A stretch of 63,814 bases of DNA, filler included, from Klebsormidium nitens (Eukaryota > Plantae > Klebsormidiophyceae), in the NCBI GenBank assembly GCA_000708835.1. It is 5 parts of 5 records of this genome, joined end to end, with 100 filler letters (N's around TTAATTAATTAA, not from the genome) between each part and the next. Parts side by side here need not be neighbours in the genome. Positions count along the whole stretch, not along the records: positions 1 to 31,937 come from DF237748.1; 4 more parts are not named here. One strand, given 5' to 3'. Under the pieces are notes generated by a model. That model saw only the letters and a list, made by a program, of their open reading frames with translations. It ran no database searches and had not been told where the DNA came from. The translations under genes were made by a program, and so were the position numbers. This document shows, piece by piece, positions 1-12,180 of the stretch; positions within the stretch are counted from its first letter, which is position 1; each line of letters begins with the position of its first letter.

Positions 1-75
1 ACTTTTACCGACGGCCTAACTGACCGGACCACACCTCGCGGATGGCCCGGACTCCAGCAGGAAAACGGCGCTCAC

Positions 76-3000
76 CTGACCAATGGTCGCTCGCCGCGGA
101 CGCGGCACAATCAAACACCGACTCGTGAAGTCCTCCCCAAAGTCAGATTCGTCGAAACAGCCATCGTCCTCAGGCTCCGACGGCTCATAGAAGCTGGCGC
201 TGGCGTCAGGCATGAGCTTATCGCCCCCCAGCTGCTGCACCTCCTCGTCCAGCCCAGCCGCATCGCTCTGCCACGCGGAAACGCTGCCGTTTTCACCCGA
301 GGACTCCGACGATGAGAGCAGCACCCGGCGGCGCCGCCTGGTTTGTGAAGAGCAGGCTGCCCCATCAGACACCCGCCGCTTGAGGCGCGCGGGAAGCTCG
401 TCGAATTCAGAATCCGTTTCTATTGTGGTGGGCACCAGCCCAGCCTGATCAGCCTGGGGCCACGCCCATTTCCGTCGCTTGCGGCAGAGCCGGAGCACCG
501 GGAAGGGCTGCCTTCCTTGGCAGAGGACTTCGACGGTGGGGGCGAAGAAACGGGTCGGCGCCTCGTTCGGAATGCTTTAGTCGCCCGCCCCGGCGCTCGC
601 GGCTTGAGGCGGCGGCCCAGCAGCTGGGAAACGTCCGACTCGGAGTCGGAGCCCATGATGCCTTGCGCAATCACTGAATTCTCTTCGACTTGACTTCCGT
701 CATCGATCATTTCCCGATCTTGGGATGTCTCCTCGTCCAGAGATTTGCTCATGCTCTCAAACTCCGCCCCCTCAATGTCCTCGCCCTCTTCTTCGGATCC
801 TGACCGCTTGAAATCGGACTCGTCGGCCGCACTCGTCGTCCACCGCTGTTTGCTGCCGCTTTCCTGGACAAACGATGGGAACTTCGTCAGCAATTGACCA
901 AGAGAGGTCAAGTTCTGTAAAATAGGACCGAGTGCATTCGGTGGGAGGAAGGCAGGCCGTCAGCTGCTGGCGCTGTCCAGAGATCCGTACGGAAATCGCA
1001 GATGTTTTTTTTCAGCGCGTGAATTCTGACCATCTGGAACGAACCCATTCTTAAGAAGGTCGTCGCACGCGAGAGACATACGAGGAACAAAAAGGTAATT
1101 GACAAGATCCTCCCGCCACAGACTGCCAGAAAGCATCAAAACCCACACTCAGCAACACTGGCAATACTGGCATTACTGGATTACAGCTCAAACCTAAAAT
1201 CAGACTTCAAAGGGAGAAACCTCTGTAGCCTGCAAGCCCGATTCTAAGATCGATTCGACTAAAATGGCTTGACTGAGCTCGGCTCACTTCTCACCTCTTT
1301 TGTGGCGCTGCAACCCTTGCTCTCATCAGCAACGCGAGCTATCCCTCTCACTGAAGTCGACAGCTGACTCTCTTCCGCGGCGAAGTTGCTTTCCAACTGG
1401 AAAAACGACAGTACTTTGAGTATTTATAGCACGTCCTCACAATTCCGTCCACAATCACGATCACAGACTGGCAGACGTGCCAGCACTGCACATTGCTAAT
1501 TGCTGTCTAAAAGTCCAAAGTGCATCATTGCCAGATATCATTTGCGCGTGCGCAGTGCTCAGATGGTCACTACAGAAGGATGGCCTCACATTGTGATGAT
1601 TGAGCCTGTTTTGGCATCATCGCAACGCGACGTTCATTCAAAAGCCGCTCCCCTGCTCCCCTTGACAAGTCTCGGATACTTGACTTCGCGAGTCACGACG
1701 AAAAGCATCTAAGACAGCTCCCAATCGATGTGCCAAAGCAAAGAGACCATTAATGGAGACTCACCAAGGCAGTGAAGGGGCCCTTTTCTACCATGTCCTG
1801 ATGGTCGAGCTCCTTCTCGTCTTGCGCCTTGTTCGCGCTTGGCTTCTCCCCTGAAGACACAGATTGAGTGATGCCCTCATTCACCCCGGATTCACACGTT
1901 CCAGGGGCAAGGCCCCCCTTGGGAATTGCAAGGCTGGGGTTCATCTGGAGAAAGAGAAAATCAGCGGCCAATTTTTGACACCCATGCAGGTGCTCTAAGG
2001 AGTTGCTGCGTAACTTTCACAGTGGCAGAGTGCTCATCGGTGGCCGACTAGTTGGAATGGCCGGTCTGACTGACGAACGTACCAGTGGACCACACCCTGC
2101 ACAAGGCTCTCCCTAGCGTTTCTAAAGCATCACTGACGACGTGTGGGCCAACAAAGCGGAACCTGCTTGCCACATGCTCCTGAATGGCCGGAATGGCCGG
2201 TCTGAGTATCGGCGAAATTAGAGCTGGGCTGCACACAAGCATACAAGCTGCTTTCATGGTGTCCGCTTTGCCTGCTGTGCAACGACTAACAGTAGCATAC
2301 CTGTTGCTTCCTCGTCAGATACTCCAGGAACTTGTCAGGAACACCACGCTGATCACATGCTGGCTGCCAGCTCCGTTCGACGTCCTGCACAACATCCTCT
2401 TCGTTCATCTGTACCTTTCGTCGGTTGGATTACCACGAGACGCTACCCTTCAAAATTCAGGAAACTTGAAGACGTTCTCAGACAACCTTTTGAAGCGGAG
2501 CGCTACATTCGTCGTCGTATCATCACACTAGCATAGAGCCATGTGGGAATAGTCAGATCGGCACGCACTCATTCTCACCTCTCGAGAGGGCAGAATCACA
2601 AGCGGACGACGAAGGCTGACATTGGGTGCAGGTCCGTCCTTGTTCTCGTTCTTTTGTGACTGGGACGCTGGCCACCCGGGATTGCTTTCGATGCCGCCTA
2701 TCAGCAGAAGCTTTGCTGCAAAACGAACGCAGTAATGGTCAAAGAAGCCAGACCGACCATTTGGGTCATAAAGAAGCAAATGGCGTGCAGGCCTTCTTGT
2801 TGAGGACCACACCCTGTCAATGATTATTAGGAAACCCGATCTGAGCACTCTAAGGCCGTGTGCAAGGTGTGGTCCAGCAAGTCAGAGCGTCCATCCGGTT
2901 TTGGACCACACCTTGCACATCGGCTTCAGAACTCTGTTGTTCTGCTAGCAACAGCCATCTGCAGGGTGTGGTCCAACCTTTCAATGAATCGAAACCATTC

Positions 3001-4836
3001 TACAAGCCTTCGGAAGCATGTAGCGAGCAGGTTTGGGGGCTTGGACCACACCCTGTCGATGATTATTAGGAAACCCACTCTCAGCACTTCAAGGCCATGT
3101 GCAAGGAGTGGTCCAGGAAGTCAGACCGGCCATCCGGTCACGGACCGCACCTTGTCAAAGAATATTAGAGAACCCACGTTCAGCACTCCAAGGCCTTAAG
3201 CAAGGTGTGGTCCAGCAAGTCAGGCCGATCATTCAGGTCGTGAAGAAGCAAAAGGGGTACGCGCTGTTGTTGATTGGACCACACCTTGTCAATAATCCTA
3301 TGGATCCCTCAGCCCTCGACGCCATCTGCAAGGTGTAATCACAAAGCAGGCTTTGGCACTTTTCTCTCACACGACCGTCAAAAGAAGAGCAGTTACAAAC
3401 AGGAGACGTAACTTACCAATGAGGAGCCTGCTCTTCGGGGTCGTATCCCAGCAAGGATTGTCGTGCTGATACGCGTCGCATGCTGTGAAAGAGAAGTAGA
3501 ACGCAGTTGGCACGTGAGCCTGCCAGCAAGCTTTGCAGCGAGCTGTAGAGGTGAGCATTGAGCTGAAAGGGGTCTCATGCTTGATGTCAAGGAGTCCCTC
3601 GAACATACATCGCAGAGATGAGCTTTCAAAGTTAACAGAGACTAAGCATGGTTCAAGCTGCAGAGCTGTCCATCAAAGATTAGATCGTGCACGGGTCAAA
3701 AGGCAAGGCGCAACTTGCTTGCTCTGTGCCTGCTAAAACCTCATAATGTCTCCTCCTTAGATCATTCTTCTCGTCAAGCGCTTGTGCGAGCTCTCTCTTC
3801 AAATTGTGCACTTCACGAGCACGTGCCCAGTCTGTGGAAAGGCGCAGAGCACATGTCAATGTTGCAATGACTAGCTCAGATGCACAACAATCACAGGCTT
3901 GTGGATGACAGCCAACATATGACCTACAGACTCCTGCAATCTGCCTTCTTGTACGTGCATGGTCCGACTGGCTCAGCGTTTCGATTTGGCGGATGTATAG
4001 GGCTTACCTGCCCGGGTCTTTTCCAACTTAAAGCAGCCAGGATTGCCAGGATTCGATCGCTCATGTATCTCGCAGAAGCACTTGATGTCGCCCCCTCCCT
4101 TGCCCCCGCGTCGCGCACAGGTTGCGGGAGAGCTGCAGTCTTTGCAGAGGAGACCGTATGGAACTGGAAGGAATGCACGGAGGGTTGGGGTCAGGAGCCT
4201 GGACAGTAGATCACAAGTGCATCCGAGGCCTTGAATCTGAATCATGCAAAGGCCTGATGGGGTGCTAGCTCGATCAATGTGCTGCTCCTAACCCTTGTCC
4301 CCAAAGAGGTAGGTGGCCAGTTCCTCCCTCGCCATCCTTGCTCTCCTTGATGTGCCACCAGCTGGGGGGCGGGCCTGGTTCGTGGTCGATCGACTCGCGG
4401 GCGCTGGGCTCGCGGGCGCCCTACGAGATCCACGGGATGCGCTTGCCGATCTCTGCAGCCCCTCCAGATGGGCCTGCTTGATCGAAGTCAAGACCCTTTC
4501 AAAGCCCTGTTCCAGGCGTGCATCTGCAGTGCCCGCGAGCCCCTCAAGACCAGCCATCGCCGCATGCAGCCCCCCATCCCAGGCAGCCTTCGACCAGAGA
4601 AGGCCTGCAGACCGGAGCTCCTCTCGAGCGCGCCGGCACAGGGCCCCCGCCACCTTCCGGAAGATGCGGTGGTCTCTCGTGCCAGAGCCTCTCCGCGCAC
4701 TTGCCACGAGCTCTTTGACGGTCGAGAGGGGGAAAGCCTTGTCATGGGATGCGCTTGAAGTGTCCTGCAAGGACAACGTGGCACCGTCGGACCCATGTCG
4801 ATCACAAAAGAGTGGGCAGGCGTTTTGCCTGAATTT
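76..4836 (-). CDS. Multi-exon gene of unknown family (paralog 1): Cys/His motif, coiled coil, 2A-like motif, helical domain, acidic low-complexity region. Runs off the left edge; probably has more 5' exons up to ~8.3 kb; may be partly decayed.
   Basis: Phase-consistent exons 4836-4293, 4163-4008, 3831-3730 (GC donor assumed), 3482-3417, 2715-2579, 2408-2301, 1944-1765. Spliced peptide includes PYGLLCKDCSSPAT...FCEIH...GCF, WARARE, LIAKLLLIGGIESNPGW and VERSWQPA...FLEYLTRK. The 3' part shows an unresolved frame switch near 575-500 and a TGA just upstream of the ~1150-1078 exon. Confidence 0.65.
2804..3340. repeat. Intronic array A: five units with terminal inverted repeats GGACCACACCYTG...CARGGTGTGGTCC
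   Basis: Units at 2804-2875, 2903-2974, 3043-3114 and 3142-3213 are each 72 nt; 3276-3340 is shortened. A related inverted copy lies at 2087-2149. Confidence 0.9.
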
Positions 4837-4982
4837 CTGTACCGCCACAGATATGTGCAGCGAGGGCGAATCACAAAGAAGAAGCGAGAGTGAAAGACGA
4901 ACTAGGTGGCCAGAACTCTTGACTCATAGTCAAGGCATTCTGCCCATGATCCTTGAGAACGTCAGGAGCAATTTTGCAGACC

Positions 4983-5933
4983 AGTCAAAACTTCCTCGGA
5001 AGATATAAGCATTTCAGCTTTTAAGGGCAGAATTTTTGACTCCAAGCCGAGGCGAACCCGTTCACCCATGATCGTGAGAACGCTCAGAGGCCACCCGGTG
5101 ATTCGTGATCCCGAAGATCGTTGTGAGTGCTCGCGCCCACCAGTCAAACCTTCCTTCTTGATATAAGCATTCCAGCTTTCGCCGACTGGAATTTTTGACT
5201 CGCCCATGCAAGTACGAGTTTTCCATGCATGATCCCGAAGAACGCTGAGAACGATGGCGCCGACCAGTCAAAAGTTGCATCCTAACCATAAGTCTATGAG
5301 CTTCCAATAACAGAATTTTGACTCACGCACGCAAGTACCGGCATTCCGTACATAATTCTCAGGAACTTACACTATGAACGGTAGAGCCGACCAGTCAAAA
5401 CTGACCTTCAATATAAGCATCTGAGACTCTCACGACAGGACTTTTGACTGCCACGCAAGGCCGGCCATCCCACCCTACCTCCAAATCACGCTATGAGCGG
5501 TAGCGCTGAGAAGTCAAAACTTCCCTTCCTATATAAGCATCTCAGACTTTCCAAGGCCGAGCTTTTGACTCCCACGCAAGAACGGCGATTCCATTCCATT
5601 CTCGAGACGCGCAGTGACTATGGCGCCGACCAGTCAAAACTTCCCTTTTGAATATAAGCATCTCAGACTTTCACGACAGAACTTTTGACACCAAAGCAAG
5701 GCCGTCCATTTCACCCATCAGGATCTGTAACACGCTCTTATTGATTGCGCCGACTGGTCAAAACTTCCCTCCAAGATATAAGCATTCCAGCCTTTCACGA
5801 CAGAACTTTTGACTCGCCGGCCGAGCCATTTCACCCACAATCCCTGAAGAATGTTGTGGGCGCACGCGCCCAACAGTCAAAACTTCCCCCATAAATATTA
5901 GTATTTCGGACTTTCAAGAAAGAACTTTTGACT
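4983..5933. repeat. Array B: eight 57-59 nt units AGTCAAAA...ATATAAGCAT...TTTTGACT separated by weakly conserved linkers
   Basis: Unit starts 4983, 5142, 5266, 5393, 5512, 5632, 5757, 5875. Six units are exactly 59 nt; linkers are 59-69 nt (first one 100 nt). Confidence 0.92.
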
Positions 5934-8900
5934 CCCAGGCAAGGCGAGGCCAGTCCAAAGTCCCCCATGATCCTGAACAACATCGAAAGTGGCATTCAAG
6001 ATGCCGCTTACCGCAGACCTCGCAGAAGCCATGTTTGACTTTGCACCATCTTTCTCACCGCTGTCCACCTCACGAGGGTTGGCAATGCGGGTACCCGCAT
6101 CTGGCGAGAGATCAGATGAGCGCGGCCTGAGTTGCTTTGCAGGGCTGGTTCCCGCCTGCAGAGGGAGAGTCCAAGATGACATCACAAGAGGTACAGGCTC
6201 TCTTGTCTGGCAGTTTGATATGCATGGAAAGCGTGGCAACACTGGATTATGCGACCATGACAGCTGATCTGCCAAGAAGCCAAGCAGAAGGGGGAGGGGT
6301 GATGGCAACAGACCAACACAATTCAAATAGCTGATTATGTTGAGGAGCATCAGAAAGTGTGCTTGAGAGTAACACTCTATCCTAAAAGTGAATCAGTAGG
6401 TCCAACCTAAGGCCCCACTCACCTGCATCTGCACGACGTGTGGCGAGTCACTGGTGGCCATGTCTTGCAGCGGCAGACTTTCTCCAGATTCCATGGCGCG
6501 CCTCCGCTTCCCAGGCGCTGGTTGCTTGAATGACCCTTTTCCAGGTAATCCTAGGCCGGTTGGCCAAGCTTGGAGACTCCTACATGATTAGAACCTGCAA
6601 TCCAAAGCCAGAGATGCCGAGTCCGTGTCTATCTCACGCATGTCGTGAGGGCGCTACTTGAAAATTCTTGCTTCTTCAATTAAGAAACAGGGGGCAAAAG
6701 ATCACCCCGCCAGCCAGCGCCTCGTTCGCCCACAGCAGGCCCCAAACCAGCTTGACAGCTTGACGAAGGTCCACACGTGGATCATCCAAACCATGCGCGC
6801 TGACGCATCATTGCCCCAGCAAAGCGCACCGTAGGAGTTAGACGGCGGGCTGCAAAACAGCCTTGACAGCGAACCCTAAAGTTGCCCAACAGCAGGCCCT
6901 GGAAGCAGCCCCTCGGCAACTCCCATCCGACCCCAACTCAGCCTGACAGCGGGCGCAGAGCAGCCATCAGAAGGGTCCCAAAGCAGATTGGTAGTAGGCC
7001 CCAACTCAACACGAGAAAGGGCGCCGAAGAGCCAAGAAGAAGCCCCCAGAACCAGCCAATAGCGAGCCCAGAAGACTTCTCCAAAGGACTTGTCTGGCCC
7101 TGCAATGGGTCCAGAAGATCAGCCCTGCAGCAGACCAACATCAGCTTGCCAAGTGGGCCCCAAGTCTTCATGCAATCTGATCGAAGCTCCCAACCTACCG
7201 GATTACATCACCTCAAAAGAATCAGTGCACTGAGCCAAGCATTGGGATGGCCTCGAATTGAGGGTGCTTTCCATGCCGGAGCTTTTTGAGTTCTGCACTA
7301 CCGTGCTTCTTCTTGCACGATGCTATTTGTCAAAAACGTTCATTGAATATCCCCTTTTGAAGAACTGACATGCATACACTTGCCAGGCCCAGCCAACTTA
7401 TTCAAGGCACTCGTGAAACCTCTCCATTGCTCGCTTGTGCGCCTCTTAGCTCTGCTCCTCAAGCTGTGAAGGACACCTGCACACACCCGCAGACCGCATC
7501 AACCACGTCAGGACCAATGGGCAAGTCTGATGATTGCTTCAGTGAATTGTTGTCTTCAAGAAGAAAGATTATGTCTATTTGCTGCTTGAGTCTAGCTTCA
7601 ATAGGCTTTAGAAAGAAGGCGGACAGTATGCAAACCATCACCGAAAGCAGGTCTTTCAAAGAGGTGCAAACTTGGATTTCCGGCTGATCGCCTCATGTTA
7701 TATCCTCCCTTCAAACATGAGGACAATGCGGGCTGCACGCTGACTTGCAGGCAATCAGGCAGCGAGAGGGGGCGTGGAGGAGCTTCACACTGCTCCAACA
7801 AACGACATACAAACAGGGGCACCCCGCAGGCTCTTCAGCTATAACACTGACAAGCTCAATTCCTCAAACGAAGATGTCTTACCTTGTCTTTGCCTGCTGC
7901 CACTGGCTTGCCTCCTTTGCATTGGCTTCTTATATTCAATGGTATGAGCTCTGGACGTGATGAAATAGCTGGGCTGCAACGTTGACAACCTTAAAAAGAA
8001 GCCATGACACTTGACATCCATACAAGGGATGCCGATGCCTGCAACCTTGCCAAGATGTCAGAGAAAACAGGTCAAGATATCTCTGGAAACATCTCAAGCT
8101 GACAAGGATGCTTGGCCACGAGGCAGCCATGCAGACCTTTAACAGGACGCCATGGAGCGCCATTGCCTTTGCTCTATTACAGCTGTTCTCTGTCAGGGAT
8201 GTCCGGTCTCCCTGAAACCTGAGCTGGGCAAGCTGACAGCTAGTCTGAGACCTGCTTGACATTTGGATTGGGAACGGTCTGCCGGCAGTGCGCGGTAAGG
8301 GTCGAGCTCGAGACCCTACGGTACATCCGGGGCCGTATGGGTCACAGCTTGTGCGACAAGGCCGAGCGGCCAGGGGAATCAGTGTAAGGTCGCGCCAACC
8401 GAAGTTTCCTGGGGGGTGACTGACTGGCCCAGAGCACGAACAAAGGTTATCTTATACGAAAGCTCTAGCTTTCTGCGACTGCTTTTTCCTTCCAATCAGG
8501 CGCACTATTTTTCATATTGATATTGTTATTGTTATTGTTATTGGCGTTGTTGGAGGTAATCATATCTACGGTGTGTTCCACACCTGAACACCTAGGAACA
8601 AAAAGACTCGGATTCTTTGCCCTAAGTCAATGCTCGGGATGTCAGATTCATTGGCGGCGCAGGTCTTCTCATGGTTGCTGCTGCTGGGATCGCAATGTCG
8701 ACAATTGAGGTGCTATGGCACTCGCATCGAAATCTGGAAATTGCTAATAAGCCAACGCCCTAGCTGCTTTGTACACCAAATTGGGTGGTGTGAGGCATGC
8801 CTTGCACGTTGAAGGAATCTGCATGATCCTCCTCGATCCATTGATGGGATCTGAAATGAAGGACGCGCTGCCCATTGAGTGCCACATAACCATGGTAACA

Positions 8901-9485
8901 GAGCTTTACGACACAACTGCAATGTTGAGAAGCAAGTAAATGTCTCTAGCGGGAAAGCCGGCGCATATAATGCTTCGTATTTGAGCACTCAAAGGAGTTG
9001 CTTTCAAGTGACATCCATCAATAGCAACAATACTAAATGGTTGATATGCATTAGGCCGCACTCGGCAGCAATTGTCACAAGATCGAAACCACTCTGATTA
9101 TAGCTCAACATTGCCCGAATTGCGAGACAAACGTGTTTTAGCTTTGCGGAGCCTTTGGAATGGCGCACGCAAATATAGTGCCACCACGGCACATTAGAGC
9201 TGCAAACGTCAACGTTTCATGAAACCTTGTAGACTTTGTATTGGATGCCGCAGTATGCATGCACATAATGCGCTACAATGGCAGGTTTATTAAAATTGAA
9301 GCAGGCTTCTCCCGTTGGTCTAACAAAAATCGCAATGTATACGCCTCATGCTCGCATGCCTTTGGCACCAGACTCAAGAATCCGCTGACCAAACAAACGT
9401 CCTCTTGAAACTTATTCAGCGCTTGCAGCGAACACTATTGCTGCCAAGCCCCTTGCGCAGTTACACATCGCACTGCTCCAACACC

Positions 9486-12180
9486 CTAGACATCCTTGAG
9501 GCAGTCCAGATGATGCCGCTCGGCGTCCGTTAGGTAGTGCCCTGCATTCGACTTTGAGATGCACACCTGCACTACCTCGAACTCGTTCTCCTCCGGTACT
9601 TGGAGCCGGTCCGAGCGTCGCAGCGTGGACTGGGCATAGCTGGCCGCCTTCACATCTGCCGGGTATGCTAGAAGAACCCGCAAGATGCCTTTCACGCCCC
9701 TCTGCTTCAGGAGAGACGTCAGCTGCTTCCGCTTCCCTTCTGCCACCGACGCAGGATCACCTTTGTACATGGTCCGGATGTTGAGGGTGCCCAGCGCATG
9801 TCCCTTGTTTGGCACCTTCTTCCGACACTTGGCTTGCAGGATGGCAAGCCACCGCTCACCGCTGATGCTCAGGAACGAGGCATTATCGGGTCCAGCTCCC
9901 TCCTCGGGAAAGAACGCAGAAACGCCAGCCGGCTCGTCGAGGAACTCAATCAGCCCCCGCCCTTTCCTCCACGTCTCGACGCGCGGGACGTCCTCGATCC
10001 TAAGCTCGAAACTCCTCCCACCCTGTCCGAGGAGGCACTCCACGTGAGCGGGCCCGTAGAAGCAGTCGGGGAGACCCACTAATCCTTCGAGCAGGGGATG
10101 ATCCGCCAAACAGCTCCTGGTCACGAAGCGCTGCTGCGCTTGGGGGATAATGCGTTCGAAGAGGGCCCCCATGGCCGCGTCACTAGGGGACGTCCGAAGC
10201 AGTCCCAGCCCCTGGTTCTCCAGGCGCCAGTGGGCTTCTGTTTCGAGGAAGTTGGTCACCGCCATTGCAGCGAGGGGCTCCACCAGCGTCACCATGGTGC
10301 ACTCCCCCGGGCGCCCCAGGTGAGCCAGGTGGCACACCCCGACTTCGATCATGTCCACGTTCGCCTTGTCCGTGGACACCCCCTTTCCAACGAGGTAGTA
10401 GCCCAGCACTAAGCACCGCAACTCCTCCACCAGCTGAGCGAAGAGGTAATCCGACAGCTTTGGCTTCATCTCGTACAGGCCCTTCAGGAGCGACGTCGGC
10501 ACGTTCCGTCTCGTGTGGAGATTCTCCACGAACTGCAGCGCTTCCTCCCAGGACTTCCCGAAGAGGACCGCCTGCACCAGCTGCGCGGCGAATCGAGGTC
10601 GCCCCCCGAGGATGTGCACCCGGACGCCTTCTGGGGGGCTCTGGAGATACTCCTGCGCGTACTGGAGCGCACCGTCCATGGTGAAGCGGGTGAAGTCGGT
10701 GAAGGACGCCAGCTGAGCTGCACCCATCTCGCCGACGGCGGTCTCGAGCTGCTGCGCATGACTGAGGCTGAGCCCCGTGCCTGCAAGAACCAAAGCACCC
10801 ATCTTTTCGAGGAACTTGGGAAGAAAGCGAGCTGCACTCAAGCACGAGGTGGCCAGATAAGTTACTACCGGGCAACCTGCTAGGAAACACTGATTTAGGG
10901 ACAAGTGGCAGGGTCCGCGATTTGCGATGCTGCAGACAGAGGCTCAAATGCGCTGAGCGATATCAAGCAGAAGAATGTCAGAGAGCCAAGCAGCGATGGG
11001 GCTGATTAATTCTACAAGACGTACCTGTCAGGTTGAAGTGGAAGTACGCGAAGATGCTATGATGCAGGCTCCGAACCAAGCCGTTCAGCAGCGGCCGCCC
11101 CTCCGTCTTGTCACGGCTCGGGAAGTACCCGTCCAGTTCCCGTGTCCCGACTTGCGCCTCGTCCAAGAAGGTGTTGAAGAAGTCCTGATTAGTCAGCCTT
11201 CGCAGCTCCCCCATCGTGGCTTGCAGCTTCTGCTCGACCGCCTCCCGCGACAGGCTCAGCAGGCAACCCCAGGTTTTCAGCAGCCAGTCCTGGAAACACA
11301 TCAGAGGCCCATGAGCGACTTGATAGCAGCAGAAGGTGAGATGATGGCAACAGTTTACACGAGATGCAATTGTGCAGAGTGCGAAAGGGAGAAAGTGCGA
11401 GAGCAAGGCCATGTTTCAAACACTATCACAGGAGCGAAGGGACTACCATTAGACGATGTCTGCACCCCTGCCCCATGAAGCTAATCTCCTAAGGAACAAG
11501 CAGCCCTCACCTCCTGTGCACTGATGCCGATGAGCTGGAATAGGAGGAAGCCCTTGGGGCTGGCTTTGTCTTCGTGCTGCCTCAGGTACTCGCGGAGGCC
11601 CAACGCGTATGCCAGCAGGATGCGGGAGATGAACTTCCTCATGTCATGGAGCCGCTGGTCACGGAACTCTCGCAGGCGGGAACCGTCAGCCTCGACTGCC
11701 CCGTATCGCTGCCCATGCGTCTCACGGAGTCGATCGATGGCCTGCCGCAGGATGTTCGTCCCGGGCTCCTTCTCCGTCGAGAAGCTCAGGTAAAACCCAT
11801 ACTCGTGGCAGCTTGCCTCGAGCGCCGTGCGGGACTTCCCGGCTCCTGAGGGCCCGATGAGCGCGGTCGCGCGCGTCTGCACCTGGTCCTGGCCATGCCC
11901 CGACGCGTGCAGCTGCTTGTTCTCCGCCAGCAACGTCTGTGCATTCGTAAGACCAGGCTCGATGCGTCCAGGGAGGTTTGTGAGCAGCAGGCTTGGCGAG
12001 TTCCGAAAGTACACAGTGGACACGTCTCTCCTCGCGAAGGCGTTGCTAGGGGGTGGGGCCCTCAGGTCAAGTTGCGGCTGCCCGTTTCCTTCTGGTGAGA
12101 CGAAGGCATGCTCCAAGACGTTGCGGATTTCCTCATCGACTCTCTCATCCCAGAGGTCATCGTCGCTCCGCCCTGCGTGG
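9486..12180 (-). CDS. Crinkler (CR)-type protein: P-loop NTPase plus C-terminal PD-(D/E)XK restriction-endonuclease-fold domain; 5' exons unresolved (likely 12.4-13.5 kb)
   Basis: Walker A ALIGPSGAGKS (ORF 11481-12116). Walker B FLDEAQ and RPLL motif (ORF 10978-11412). LAGTGLS motif and FFPEEGAGPD...LQAK nuclease-like motif (ORF 9486-10904). GT-AG junctions link the three ORFs. Confidence 0.75.

Noticed and set aside
2804-2875. Box C/D snoRNA or TIGR-like array (ATGATTA ... CTGA in unit 1)
   Set aside because: The CTGA is not adjacent to the terminal stem and neither box is conserved in the other units.
4983-5933. Calling array B a true CRISPR array
   Set aside because: Eukaryotic context, repeats too long and divergent, linkers share motifs, and no cas-like ORF nearby.
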